DNA of 64,000 nucleotides from Malacoraja senta. Its lineage: Eukaryota. Positions within the stretch are counted from its first letter, which is position 1; each line of letters begins with the position of its first letter. The notes below the pieces were generated by a model, which was not told the origin of the DNA, did no database searches, and saw only the letters and a program-made list of their open reading frames with translations. The translations under genes were made by a program, and so were the position numbers. The stretch spans positions 85,994,001 to 86,058,000 of the forward strand of contig CM075979.1 of assembly GCA_038087875.1 (NCBI GenBank), read 5' to 3'. This document shows, piece by piece, positions 49,739-62,675 of the stretch.

Positions 49739-52700
49739 GGACAGAGTGCAGAAAATCCTCAAGGGCGCAGGTGAACAGCCGGCGGAAGTGGTAGTGCATG
49801 TCGGCACAAACTATGTCGGAAAGAAGGGGATGAATATTCTGCAGCGTGACTTTAGAGAGCTCGGAAAAATGCTGAAAAGCAGGACCTCCAGGGTTGTTAT
49901 CTCCGGTTTGCTTCCAGTTCCTCGTGCTGGCGAGAGCAGGGACAGGGAGATACGGGACCTGAATGTGTGGCTGAGGAACTGGTGCACGGGGCAGGGATTT
50001 AGATTCTTAGATAACTGGGATCTGTTTTGGAGTAAGGGGGAACTGTACAAAAGGGACGGATTGCATCTTAACAGGTGGGGGACCAGCATTCTGGCAGGCA
50101 GGTTTGCCACTGCTACACGGGTGGTTTTAAACTGAATAAGTGGGGTGGGGTGTCAAATGGGATAGTCGAGGATGGAGTTAACGGGAAAGGGTTTCTTAAA
50201 TGTGTGAGCAGAGAGAGGTGTAAAATGAGGGTAGAAGCAATGGGTAGCAAGGTGAAAAGTAAAAGTGGCAGGCAGACAAATCCTGGGCAAAAATCAAAAA
50301 GGGCCACTTTTCAACATAATTGTATAAGGGGTAAGAGTGTTGTAAAAACAAGCCTGAAGGCTTTGTGTCTCAATGCAACGAGCATTCGTAATAAGGTGGA
50401 TGAGTTGAATGTGCAGATAGCTATTAATGACTATGATATAGTTGGGATCACGGAGACATGGCTACAGGGTGACCAAGGCTGGAAGCTGAACATCCAGGGA
50501 TATTCAATATTCAGGAGGGATAGACAGAAAGGAAAAGGAGGTGGGGTAGCGTTGCTGGTTAGAGAGGAGATTAATGCAATAGAAAGGAAGGACATTAGCT
50601 TGGAGGATGTGGAATCGATATGGGTAGAGATGCGAAACACTAAGGGGCAGAAAACGCTAGTGGGTGTTGTGTACAGGCCACCTAACAGTAGTAGTGTAGT
50701 TGGGGATGGCATCAAACAGGAAATTAGAAATGCGTGCAACAAAGGTAAAACAGTTATAATGGGTGACTTCAATCTACATATAAATTGGGTGAATCAAATT
50801 GGCAGGGGTGCTGAGGAAGAGGATTTCTTGGAATGTATGCGGGATAGTTTTCTAAACCAACATGTAGAGGAACCAACGAGAGAGCAGGTTATTCTAGACT
50901 GGGTATTGAATAATGAGGAAGGTTTAGTTAGCAGTCTTGTTGTGTGTGGCCCCTTGGGCAAGAGTGACCATAATATGTTTGAGTTCTTCATTAGGATGGA
51001 GAGTGACATAATTAATTCAGAAACAAGGGTTCTGAACTTAAAGAAAGGTAACTTTGAGGGCATGAGACGTGAAATGGCCACGATAGACTGGCGATTGATT
51101 CTTAAAGGGTTGACGGTGGATATGCAATGGAAGGCATTTAAAGGCTGCATGGATGAACTACAACAATTGTTCATCCCAGTTTGGCAAAAGAATAAATCAG
51201 GGAAGGTAGTGCATCCATGGATAACTAGGAAAATCAGGGATAGTATCAAAACAAAAGATGATGCATACAAATTAGCCATAAAAAGCAGCCTACCAGAGGA
51301 CTGGGAGAAATTCAGAGTCCAGCAGAGGAGGACAAAGGGCTTAATTAGGAAAGGGAAAATAGATTATGAAAGAAAACTGGAAGGGAACATAAAAACTGAC
51401 TGCAAAAGTTTTTATAGACATGTGAAGAGAAAAAGATTAGTTAAAACAAATGTAGGTCCCTTGCAGTCAGAAACAGGTGAATTGATCATGGGGAACAAGG
51501 ACATGGCAGACCAATTGAATAACTACTTTGGTTCTGTCTTCACTAAGGAAGTGGTGTTAGGTACATTGAATAGATTAAAGGCCGATAAATCACCAGGGCC
51601 AGATAGGCTGCATCCCAGAGTACTTAAGGAAGTAGCCCCAGAAATAGTGGATGCATTAGTGATAATTTTTCAAAACTCTTTAGATTCTGGAGTAGTTACT
51701 GAGGACTGGAGGGTAGCTAATGTAACCCCACTTTTTAAAAAGGGAGGGAGAGAGAAAACGGGGAATTACAGACCAGTTAGTCTAACATCGGTAGTGGGGA
51801 AACTGCTAGAGTCCGTTATTAAAGATGGGATAGCAGCACATTTGCAAAGTGGTGAAATCATTGGACAAAGTCAGCATGGATTTATGAAAGGTAAATCATG
51901 TCTGACGAATCTTATAGAATTTTTCGAGGATGTAACTAGTAGAGTGGATAAGGGAGAACCAGTGGATGTGTTATATCTGGACTTTCAGAAGGCTTTCGAC
52001 AAGGTCCCACATAAGAGATTAGTATACAAACTTAAAGCACACGGTATTGGGGGTTCAGTATTGATGTGGATAGAGAACTGGCTGGCAGACAGAAAGCAAA
52101 GAGTAGGAGTAAACGGGTCCTTTTCAGAATGGCAGGCAGTGACTAGTGGGGTACCGCAAGGCTCAGTGCTGGGACCCCAGCTATTTACAATATATATTAA
52201 TGATTTGGACGAGGGAATTGAATGCAACATCTCCAAGTTTGCGGATGACACGAAGCTGGGGGGCAGTGTTAGCTGTGAGGAGGATGCTAGGAGGCTGCAA
52301 GGTGACTTGGATAGGCTGGATGAGTGGGAAAATGCATGGCAGATGCAGTATAATGTGGATAAATGTGAGGTTATCCACTTTGGTGGCAAAAACAGGAAAG
52401 TAGACTATTATCTGAATGGTGGCCGATTAGGAAAAGGGGAGATGCAACGAGACCTGGGTGTCATGGTACACTAGTCATTGAAAGTAGGCATGCAGGTGCA
52501 GCAGGCAGTGAAGAAAGCGAATGGTATGTTAGCATTCATAGCAAAAGGATTTGAGTATAGGAGCAGGGAGGTTCTACTGCAGTTGTACAGGGTCTTGGTG
52601 AGACCACACCTGGAGTATTGCATACAGTTTTGGTCTCCTAATCTGAGGAAAGACATTCTTGCCATAGAGGGAGTACAGAGAAGGTTCACCAGACTGATTC

Positions 52701-53165
52701 CTGGGATGTCAGGACTTTCATATGAAGAAAGACTGGATAGACTTGGCTTGTACTCGCTAGAATTTAGAAGATTGAGGGGGGATCTTATAGAAATTTACAA
52801 AATTCTCAAGGGGTTGGACAGGCTTGATTCAGGAAGATTGTTCCCGATGTTGGGGAAGTCCAGAACAAGGGGTCACAGTTTAAGGATAAGGGGGAAATCT
52901 TTTAGGACCGAGATGAGAAAAACATTTTTCACACAGAGTGGTGAATCTCTGGAATTCTCTGCCGCAGAAGGTAGTTGACGCCAGTTCATTGGCTATATTT
53001 AAGAGGGAGTTAGATGTGGCCCTTGTGGCTAAAGGTATCAGGGGGTATGGAGAGAAGGCAGATACAGGATACTGAGTTGGATGATCAGCCATGATCATAT
53101 TGAATGGCGGTGCAGGCTCGAAGGGCCGATTGGCCTACTCCTGCGCCTATTTTCTATGTTTCTAA
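49739..53165 (+). mobile_element. Near-intact CR1 LINE: partial ORF1 (SGNH esterase) plus ORF2 (APE endonuclease and RT)
   Basis: ORF1 VVVHVGTN and DGLHLN; ORF2 [37 protein letters not shown]; premature TAG 52472-52474; TTCTATGT tail; possible TSD CTAAC. Confidence 0.95.
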
Positions 53166-53299
53166 CTCTGTTCACTCTACCGTGATGCTGCTTGACCCAA
53201 GTATTTCCATTATTTTCCGTTTTATTTTAGAGATCTAACATCTGCAGCCTTTTGCTGTCTGTCTTAAATAAATGTAAAGATAAAGAGTTTCTTTTTAGT

Positions 53300-54047
53300 C
53301 AAGTCATCAAGTTTATTTATCACGTACACATACAAGATGTACAGTGAAATGAAAGAGGCAATGCCTGCAGGATTGTGCAAAACAACAGAACAGAAACAGT
53401 ATTTACATTAAAAAAAAAGACACAACAGTAATTACGCCCCAGTGAGATCAGAGTTTGCAGTCCTGTGGGAAGAAACTCCATCTCATCCTCCCTGTTTTCG
53501 CAGCGTGACAGCGGAGGTGCTTCGTTGCTGGAGTGGTAGGGGTCCTTCATGATCTTGCTGGCTCTGGATCTGCACCTCCTGGTGTATAGGTCCTGCAAAG
53601 GGGGGGTGGGGGGGGGGGAGTGTAGTTTCCATGGTGCGTTCGGACGAACGCACTACACTCTGCAGAGCCTCCTGTCCTGGGCAGAGCTGTTGCCAATCAG
53701 GTTACTTTCTACTGCACCAGTTGAAGGATCCTCAGAGAGACTCTGAATTTCCTCAGCTGCCTGAGGTGGTAAAAGCGCTGCCTTGCCTTTCTCACCAGTG
53801 CGGCAGTGTGTATTGTCCGTCAGATCCTCTGTGATTTGGACTCCCAGGTATTTGAAGCTGTTCACCATATCCACAGTAGTTACATTTATCCCCAGTGGCG
53901 TGTACGTCCTCAGTTGTGCCCTTCTAAAGTCCACAATCAGCTCCTTAGATTTAGTGACATTCAAGAGGAGGCTATTATTCTGACACCAGAGTGCCAGGTC
54001 AGCCACCTCCTCCAGGTAGGTCTTCTCATCGTTATCGGAGATCAGGC
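53300..54047 (-). mobile_element. Rex1/Babar-like LINE 3' fragment
   Basis: WCQNNSLLLNVTKSKELIVDFRR..FKYLGV motif; AATAAACTTGA tail. Confidence 0.8.
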
Positions 54048-54049
54048 TT

Positions 54050-54987
54050 AGTCATAGAGTGATACAGTGTGGAAACAGTCCCTTCGGTCCAACTGGCCCA
54101 CATGTCCCAGCTATACTAGTCCCACCTGCCCGCGTTTGGTCCATATCCCTCCAAACCTGCCCTATCCATGTACTTGTCTAACTGTCTCTTAAATGTTAGT
54201 TTAGGCAGGGATTATCCTACCTCCTCCAGCAGCCGTTCCATACACCCAACACCCTTTGTGTGGAAAAAGTTACCACTCAGATTCCTATTAAATCTTTTTC
54301 CCTTCACCTTAAACCTATGTTCTCTAGTTCTCGATTCACCTACTCTGGGCAAGAGACTCTGTGCATTTACGTGATCTATTCCTCTCATGATTTTATACAC
54401 CTCAAGAAGATCACCCCTCATCCTCTTGCACTCCGAGGAATATTCCCAACCTACCCAATCTCTCCCGATACCTCAGACCCTCGAGCCCTGGCAACATCCA
54501 TGTAAATCTTCTCTGTACCCTTTCCAACTTGACAACATCTTTCCTATAACATGGTGTCCAGAACTGAACACAATACTTGAAATGCGGCCTCACTAACGTC
54601 ATAAAGACACGAGGAATAGGAGTAGAATTAGGCCAATCGGTCCATCAAGTCCACTCTGCCATTCAATCATAGCTGATCTATCTCTCCCTCCTAACCCCAT
54701 TCTCCTGCCTTCGCCCCAAAACCTCTGACACCTGTGCTAATCAAGAATGTATCTATCTCTGCCTTAAAAATACCCACTGACTTCGGTGGCAAAGAATTCC
54801 ACAGATTCACCACCCTCAGACAAAATAAATTTCTCCTCATCTCCTTCCAAAAAGAATGTCCTTTAATTCTGAGCCTATGACCTCTAGTTCGAGACTCTCC
54901 CACTAGTGGAAACATCTTATACAACTGCAACATGACCTCCCAACTTCTATACTCAATACTCTGACTGATGAAGGCCATTGTGCCAAA
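54050..54987 (-). mobile_element. Nested CR1 3' fragments
   Basis: RPHFKYCVQFW and RTRGH motifs; two different 3' ends. Confidence 0.8.
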
Positions 54988-56815
54988 TAGACAATGGACA
55001 ATAGGTGCAGGAGTAGGCCATTCGGCCCTTCGAGCCAGCATTGCCATTCAATGTGATCATGGCTGATCATCCCCAATCAGTACCCCGTTCCTGCCTTCTC
55101 CCCAAATCCCGATTGGGTAGGTTGGGAATATTCCTATCTAGCTCTCTTGAAAGCATCCAGAGAACCTGCCACCACCGTCCTCTGAGGCAGAGAATTCCAC
55201 AGACTTACCACTCTGAGAAAAAGTGTTTCCTCGTCTCCGTTCTAAATGGCTTACTCCTTATTCTTAAACTGTGGCCCCTGGTTCTGGACTCCCCCAACAT
55301 CGGGAACATGTTTCCTGCCTCTAGCGTGTCCAAACCCTTAACAATCTTATATGTTTCAATAAGATCCCTTCTCATCCTTCTAAACACCAGAGTGTACAAG
55401 CCCAGCCGCTCCATTCTCTCAGCATATGACAGTCCCGCCATCCTGGGAATTAACCTTGTAAACCTACGCTGCACTCCCTCAATAGCAAGAATGTCCTTCC
55501 TCAAATTAGGGGACCAAAACTGCACACAATACTCCAGGTGTGGTCTCACTAGGGCCCTGTACAACTGCAGAAGGACCTCTTTGCTCCTATACTCGACTCC
55601 TCTTGTTATAAAGGCCAACATGCCATTCGCTTTCTTCACTGCCTGCTGTACCTACATGCTTACTTTCATAGACTGATGAACAAGGGGAGTAGGCAGGCAT
55701 GGGTTATTGATTGGGGACGATCAGCCATGATCACAATGAATGGCAGTGCTGGCTCGAAGGGCCGAATGGCCTCCTCCTGCACCTATTTTCTATGTTTCTA
55801 TGCAAGGACCCCCAAATCCCATTGTACTTCCCCTTTTCCCCAACTTGACGCCATTTAGATAATCTGCCTTCCTGTTTTTGATACCAAAGTGGATAACCTC
55901 ACATATATCCACATTAAACTTCATCTGCTATGCATCTGCCCACTCCCCCAACCTGTCCAAGTCACCCTGCATTCTCATAGCATCCTCCTCACAGTTCACA
56001 CTGCCACCTAGCTTTGTGTCATCTGTAAATTTGCTAATGTTACTTTGAATCCCTTTATCCAAATCATTGATGTATATTGTAAATAGCTGTGGTCCCAGCA
56101 CCGAGCCTTGCGGTACCCCACTAGTCACTGCCTGCCATTCTGAAAGGGACCCGTTAATCCCTACTCTTTGTTTCCTGTCTGCCAACCAATTTTCTATCCA
56201 TGTCAGCACTCTACCCCCAATACCATGTGCCCTAATTTTGCCCACTAATCTCCTTTGTGGGACCTATCAAATGCTTTCTGCAAGTCCAGGTACTCTACAT
56301 CCACTGGCTCTCCCTTGTCCATTTTCCTAGTTACATCCTCAAAAAATTCCAGAAGATTAGTCAAGCATGATTTCCTCTTCGTAAATCCATGCTGACTCGG
56401 ACCGATCCTGTTACTGCTATCCAAATGTGCGGCTATTTCATCTTTTATAATTGACTCCAGCATCTTCCCCACCACCGATGTCAGGCTAACTGGTCTATAA
56501 TTCCCTGTTTTCTCTCTCCCGCCTTTCTTAAAAAGTGGGATAACATTAGCTACCCTCCAACCCACAGGAACTGATCCTGAGTCTATAGAACATTGGAAAA
56601 TTATCATCAATGCATCCACGATTTCTAGAGCCACTTCCTTAAGTACCCTGGGATGCAGACCATCAGGCCCTGGGGATTTATCAGCCTTCACTCCCATCAG
56701 TCTACCCAACACCATTTCCTGCCTAATGTGGATTTCCTTCAGTTCCTCCATCACCCCAGATACTACTATATCAGGAAGTCCTCCTTGGTGAAGACGGATC
56801 CAAAGTACCTGTCCA
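54988..56815 (-). mobile_element. 5'-truncated CR1 LINE (RT to tail), containing a short + strand CR1 tail at about 55686-55802
   Basis: [25 protein letters not shown]; nested insert flanked by CAAGG. Confidence 0.9.
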
Positions 56816-57880
56816 ACTTTTGACCACCTTATCTACCTGCGACTACACCTTCAAGGAACCATGCAACTGCACTTCCTGAATAAAATGGCAGAAACATATG
56901 ATAGCTTAATTAGTTTCAGAAATTTTACATGATTTCTAGTCTTACATTGCGTGACAATGGGACCAATGTTAGAAGCAGACCTCTCGTGAACCTGACTTGG
57001 CTTTATATTCCTTGGTTCATTCAGAGGTGAAAGGTGCAAAATACATAATACTTCAATTCATATTTTGGAAATAGCAAATTCCATCCAATGACAACTTGCA
57101 TTTTTATCCCTCACATATGGAGAGATGTCAGTGCACTTAACAAAGCAAAGGTGAATTTGGATTCCCTAAGATTTATTTAATTTACTTTGTGATTTCTGCT
57201 GTTATTAAATCATGCCTTAGTTGTAATTCTTCCAGATGATTAATTCTCTATATACTTTTTCCACTATTGAAGATGTCAAAATTATTTTTGGGAAATATTT
57301 TTGTGCAAATATCTGATTCCACATATCAGAATTTGTGCATCAGGTTTAAAAATTGCCAATCCACGAAACATCTACTCCTTGTTACTTAAGGATTCAATTT
57401 TAAATATTGTTTGATTAGTCACTCCTGTGCAAGTTACTTTGATGCATCACGTCGATTAAAAGTTGGTTCTGAACCACAATGAACACACCTGCCAGTCCTT
57501 AAATCACTTTTTTGTTTAATGCAAGGATACACATATAAATCAAAATCCTGAAAATCTGAAGGTAGATATTGTTACAAAATTGTGCAAGTTCATGTTCACA
57601 TACTACTCGCAAATAAAAATGATAACTTAAAACTCACTTTGTCTTTATCCGTGTCACTGGTTTTCTCCTTGTTTCGAGTTAAAGTTCTCTCCCTCCTGTG
57701 TGAAGTTCACAAGATATTCATAAATGAGGAATATTATTTGGCCCATCTTGATTCATCTGTCTAAAATGATCCCAGCATCGTTCTAGTGTAGCATTCAACT
57801 GTTTGTCAAATTATTGCAAAAATCCACCACTTCAAGGTATTTTATCCATATTAGGATTGTTCCATTAAAAGGAATTCCCT

Positions 57881-58128
57881 GAAGATAGACACAAAATGCT
57901 GGAGTAACTGAGCGGAACAGGTAGCATCTCTGGATAGACGGAATGGGTGACGTTTTGGGTGGAGACACTTCTTCAGACTGGAGAAGTGTCTCGACCCAGT
58001 CTGAAGAAAGGTCTCGACCCAAAAAGTCCCATTCCTTCTATCCAGAGATGCTGCCTGTTCCGCTGAGTGACTCTAGCATTTTGTTTCCATCTTCGGTGTA
58101 AACCAGCATCTGCAGTTCCTTCCTACAC
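57881..58128. repeat. Palindromic Penelope-linked element with central hammerhead-like cores
   Basis: Imperfect inverted arms; CTGAAGA cores on - (57976-57949) and + (58001-58028). Confidence 0.8.
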
Positions 58129-58589
58129 AAAAATAATTCCCCAATTTCTCCTATAAGAATTCTTTGAATGTGTTACTAATTTATCAAATGCAGATCAATC
58201 AGTTAAATTAGAAACTAGTGGCGAGGTACTGTTTAGCCTAGAGATTCCATTGGATCATTCAATCTACGTTTAAAAGTGGTAAGAATTGATAAGTAACTGG
58301 TTAAGAAGCAAATAGATGCAGAAGTGTATCAAGCACTCTTGCAAAGTTTAAGTGAACAATAAAGGCACACAACGTCTGAAAGAGTACGATCAGGGAGAAT
58401 TTTGCTCTTTGCGCTTTTAACTAGGTTATTGTTTACAAATACCTTCAAGTTCATTCCAAACAATGTATTCCATTATATATCACAGAATGTAAGTAGGTAA
58501 AACAACCACTAATTGTTGGTCTTTGTTTTATTAGTATTCTGAATAACAGGTAACAATCAGTCAAAGTACAGGAGGGAGATTGAAAGATT

Positions 58590-59300
58590 GAAAATCTGAT
58601 TGAATGGTTCCAGAACAACAATTTCACTCTCAAAGTTAGCAAGACCAAAAAGCTAATTGTTTATAATAGGAAGGAATAGCCGGGTATCCATAAACCTGTC
58701 TTCGTCGACAGAATAGTGGTGGAGTCAAAAGCTTCAAGCTGCTGTGTATATTTCTCTAAAGATTTGTCCAGGGTCCAGCACATGAATGCAATCACAAAGT
58801 AAGTTCATCAACGCCTCTCTTTGCTTAGATTGAGGAGATTCAGTATGTCAACAAATCTCTACAGGTCTACAGAGAGCATAGCGACTGCCTGCATCACAGA
58901 CTGATTGGACAATTCGAATGCCCAGGAACAAATTAGATTAGAGTGGTAGACATTGCCCAGTCCATCACGGCACTGACCTCTCCACCAGAGATCAACAGGA
59001 GGCAATGCCTCAAAAAAGCAGCCAATATCATCAGACACAAACCACACTGGCCATGCTCTAATTTCACTACTACCATCAGGAAGGTGGTACAGGAGCCTGA
59101 AAACCATGAGCACCAGGTTCAAGAAGGGTCCCAACCCAAAATGCCACCTATCTATTTTCTCCACAGATGCTGCCTGACCCGCTAAGTTTTAGTCCTGCAT
59201 TCTCTATATTTAGTATACACCAGCATCTGCAATTCCTTGTTATTAGGTCCAAGAAGAGCTTGTTTTCAGCAACCATAAGGCTCTATACCACACGAACCTC
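58590..59300 (+). mobile_element. Degraded Rex1-like LINE, interrupted by a palindromic-family arm (59127-59244)
   Basis: CLKKAANIIR..PHWP motif; insert flanked by AGGTYCAAGAAG. Confidence 0.65.
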
Positions 59301-59308
59301 AGCAACAT

Positions 59309-59565
59309 TTAAGGTGAGAGGGGAAAGATTTAATAGGAACCCGAGGGGCAACTTTTTCACACAAAGGGTGGTGGGGATATGAAACATGCTCCCAGAGGAG
59401 GTGGTTGAGGCAGGTACAATCACAACATCTAAAATACATGTGGACAGGTACATGGGGAGGAAAGGTTTAGAAGGATATGGGCCAAACATAGGCAGGTGGG
59501 ACTAGTGTAGAGGTGGCATCTTGCTCAGTGTGGGCAGGTTGAGCCGAAGGGCCTGTTTCCATGCT
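59309..59565 (+). mobile_element. CR1 3' fragment
   Basis: [22 protein letters not shown]; GAAGGGCCTGTTTCC tail. Confidence 0.85.
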
Positions 59566-60039
59566 CAGGGTCTCTACAACTATATCATCTATGGATCGTG
59601 TCTCTGCTTGCACTCGGTTCGGTTTTTGTATTACTTGTTTTCCAAGTACCACTGATTATTAATTTATTGTATTATTGATTATCATATCTGTACAGGCCTG
59701 TAATGATGCAGCGAATAAGGATGTATTTGTTCTATTGTCGATACACATGACAATTAAACACTCTAAGACAGTTCAAACCAGACGAAACTCAGCTGAAAGA
59801 TTTTGTTTAAACCAATAACTTTACAATATTTTAAATGACACTTTTGATCAGCTTAACAATCGCACAGGAGCACGATCGATGGATAATAAAACGACAGCAT
59901 CTATTTTTTTTTGTAAACCAACATCTGCAGCTCCTTGCGTCTACAACAAAGGGACAGCCCGAGTTTCACGGAAGAATGTAACCCATGCACTTGTCAAATA
60001 TAAATAATTATTTTGCGCCTGCCTATAAATAATTCTCAC

Positions 60040-60500
60040 CTTTATTTGTTTCCCGCACCATCACTGCGAAGCAAGAGGGGAGAAGTTGGAGAAAGAATTG
60101 TAAGAGGGCTGTCCTCCTCGGTGGGGGGGGGGGGGGCAGAACTAACAAACGCAGATATATAGATGACGATGGTGCCGAGCGCCGGCCTCTCCTCTCCTTC
60201 CCGCCCGTCCTCGCCTCGAACCCACGAGCGGCCTCGAGGATCTTTGGCCTCGAGCGCCAGCCGTTTGCCGCCTGCCCGGCGCGAGCCTCGCGGGGTCTCC
60301 TTCAAACAGTCCCCCCCTCCACTCTCCTCTCCTCTCCTCTCCTCTCCTCTCGCATCAACCGCCGCACACGGACCCCCGGCGAGTGCACCCGCCAAATGTG
60401 TCCGCCGGCAACCCGCTCGCTCGGCGCCGACTTCAAGCAACAAACGTTCCACCAAAGATTATGCTCCGAGCCGACAAGAGGGCGGCTGAGTTTGTAGCCC
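60040..60500 (-). promoter_or_regulatory. CpG island and probable FAM118A promoter / first exon
   Basis: Non-repetitive GC- and CpG-rich block at 60150-60500 upstream of FAM118A. Donor AAG|GTGAGA at 60040/60039. ATG in good Kozak context (gtgATGg) at 60061. Confidence 0.7.
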
Positions 60501-62329
60501 GATTGGGATTTATTGGGGGGGTATGGGGGGAAAAAAATTCACCAGATTGTCAAAAATTGAGACAGAAAAAGGCCGCATCGGGGGAGGAAAATGGACAGAC
60601 GACAGTTGTTGGGACCAAAGGGTTGGACTTACATGGGACTCAAAGTCTTGCCCAGTTATTACAAATACACAAATTATGTCTAAGTTAAGTACATTTCACT
60701 TAATACAATTGCATAATAATCGCAACTTTTAAAGTCCAAACAGATCTGATTGGCCTTACACTATCTTACATAAGCTTTAGTCTTCTTCTTGCGAATGAAA
60801 CATAAACCAAAGGAATAGTTAGATCTCAAGCCGGGTGTTGAGCAGCCAGGTTGTTGTCTCTTTAGTGAACCCATTCTTCTATCTATGGAATGCACCCATA
60901 TCCATTTATTTTTATATCTGTTGCCAACATTGCCACAGTTTCGATCAACTTGCCGTGCAGCATTCCTCCCACAGGTTACATGTTGCAAATTTTTATTTTT
61001 ACCTTGCAATAAGATGATCCAATGTGCACCACCCTGTCTTGGAAATAGATTGCTGTTTTGTTCATTATTACTTTGTCCATATACCAAAACCCTCTGCAGC
61101 TTCACCGAAGGAGACCCTTCACTAAAAGGTTCAGATAAATCAAGGCTGCAGCTTTACACCAAATTATGATACATATAGTTTCCAGGGTAGCATGTTGCCC
61201 ATGCTCTTGGGTAGTTAGTCACTACACAGAGCAGTAATTTATCCCTCCAGCCACATGAGGATATTATTGGCATAACATTTAGCAAAAAAACTGCAGGAAC
61301 TCAGCAGTTCGGGCAGCATATATTTAGATTAATTATTGTCAAGTGAACAAAGGTAGGTATAGTGAAAAACTTTTGTTTACATGCTCTCCAATGAAAACAG
61401 ATAATACCAAACATAAATACAATCAAGTAAAACACAAGTACAACAGGTAGAGTGAAGAGAAAAATACCAGAGTGCAGAATATATTTTCTCAGCATTGTAG
61501 CATAACTATTCCAGAGAAACAAAAGAAATGGACAAATGATGTTTCAGGGAATTCATGTTTTATCTTACATTATTCCTCTAATAAAGTATTAATAATATTT
61601 ATTGCATCTTTGTAACTTGACCATATATATAGCTTCAAAGATTGCAAAGTACACATATAGATCGTGTTTTTTTTGCCCCCCATTTAAAACTGATAATAGT
61701 TCACATTGTCTCTACCGATTCCTCCAGCCAAATTCTGTTGCACCACACATGTCTGTGTTAAATTCCATCATACCCGTGTGGCTGCTCATTCCACCAGTCT
61801 ATACTGCTTTGTGTGCCAACTCTCTGCACTGTTGTTTATGACATTTCGCAGTTTCACATCGAGTATTGCAGTTGTTACAGAACACAAAGCTAGTTGCATC
61901 CAACAGTTTTCTGGAAATGTTTATGTTCCACATAAACCTCCTCCCATGACCTTATGTAAGTTAAACTGAAATGAATTCTGAATTGCAAAATAAACCAGCA
62001 AATATTGGAGGAACTTAATCTATTGAGAAATATGAACAACCATAGCTAACGTATTTTTAAGAAGTATATTGGGGTCGATGGGGCCAATGTGGAACCAACC
62101 GATTCTGCCAATGGAAGAGTAGGAGTTGCTCAACAGAACAGATATGTGGATCATTTGGGACAGGGTGAACCCTTGCACCATCTAGGAGCTTGGAACAAGA
62201 AAACTGAAGTTCTCAGTGCAAAAAACAAACTGCTGGGGCAACTCAGCAGGTCAGGCAGTATCTGTGGAGGGAAATGGACAGATGATCCTTCTTCTGACCC
62301 ATCATCTCTGTTTCCCTCCACATATGTTG

Positions 62330-62675
62330 GGGCAGCACAGTGGTAGAGTTGCAGACTCACAGTGTCAGAGACCCAGGTTTGATCTTGACCTTTGATGCTG
62401 TCTGTGGAGTGTGCACGTTCTCCCTGTGACTGCATGGCTTTTCTCCAGGTGCTCCGGTTTCTTCCCATATTCGAAAGATATGCGTGTTTGTAGGTTAATT
62501 GGCTTCCGTAAATTGACCTTAGTGTGCAGGATCCAAAACTGGGATAACATAGATACTGGGATAACAGAAATGTATGGGTGATCATGGACTCGTGATCCAT
62601 GGACAGGGACTCGTTGGGCTGAAGGGCCTATATTTGTATCTCTAAAGTACACTAAAATAAAATAAAATAAACTAA
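62330..62675 (+). mobile_element. V-SINE (HE1-like), near full length, inserted in a palindromic element
   Basis: tRNA-like head GGGCAGCACAGTGG..CAGGTTTGATC, V-domain, (TAAAA)n tail. Confidence 0.85.

Noticed and set aside
60042-60489. 137-aa and 108-aa ORFs at the CpG island
   Set aside because: Low-complexity, GC-driven open frames with no recognisable homology.
62060-62167. Trp/Cys-rich short frame (VYWGRWGQCGTNRFCQWKSRSC) resembling a TSP1 repeat exon
   Set aside because: Short, ends in a stop, weak acceptor and no partner exons; chance is the simplest explanation.
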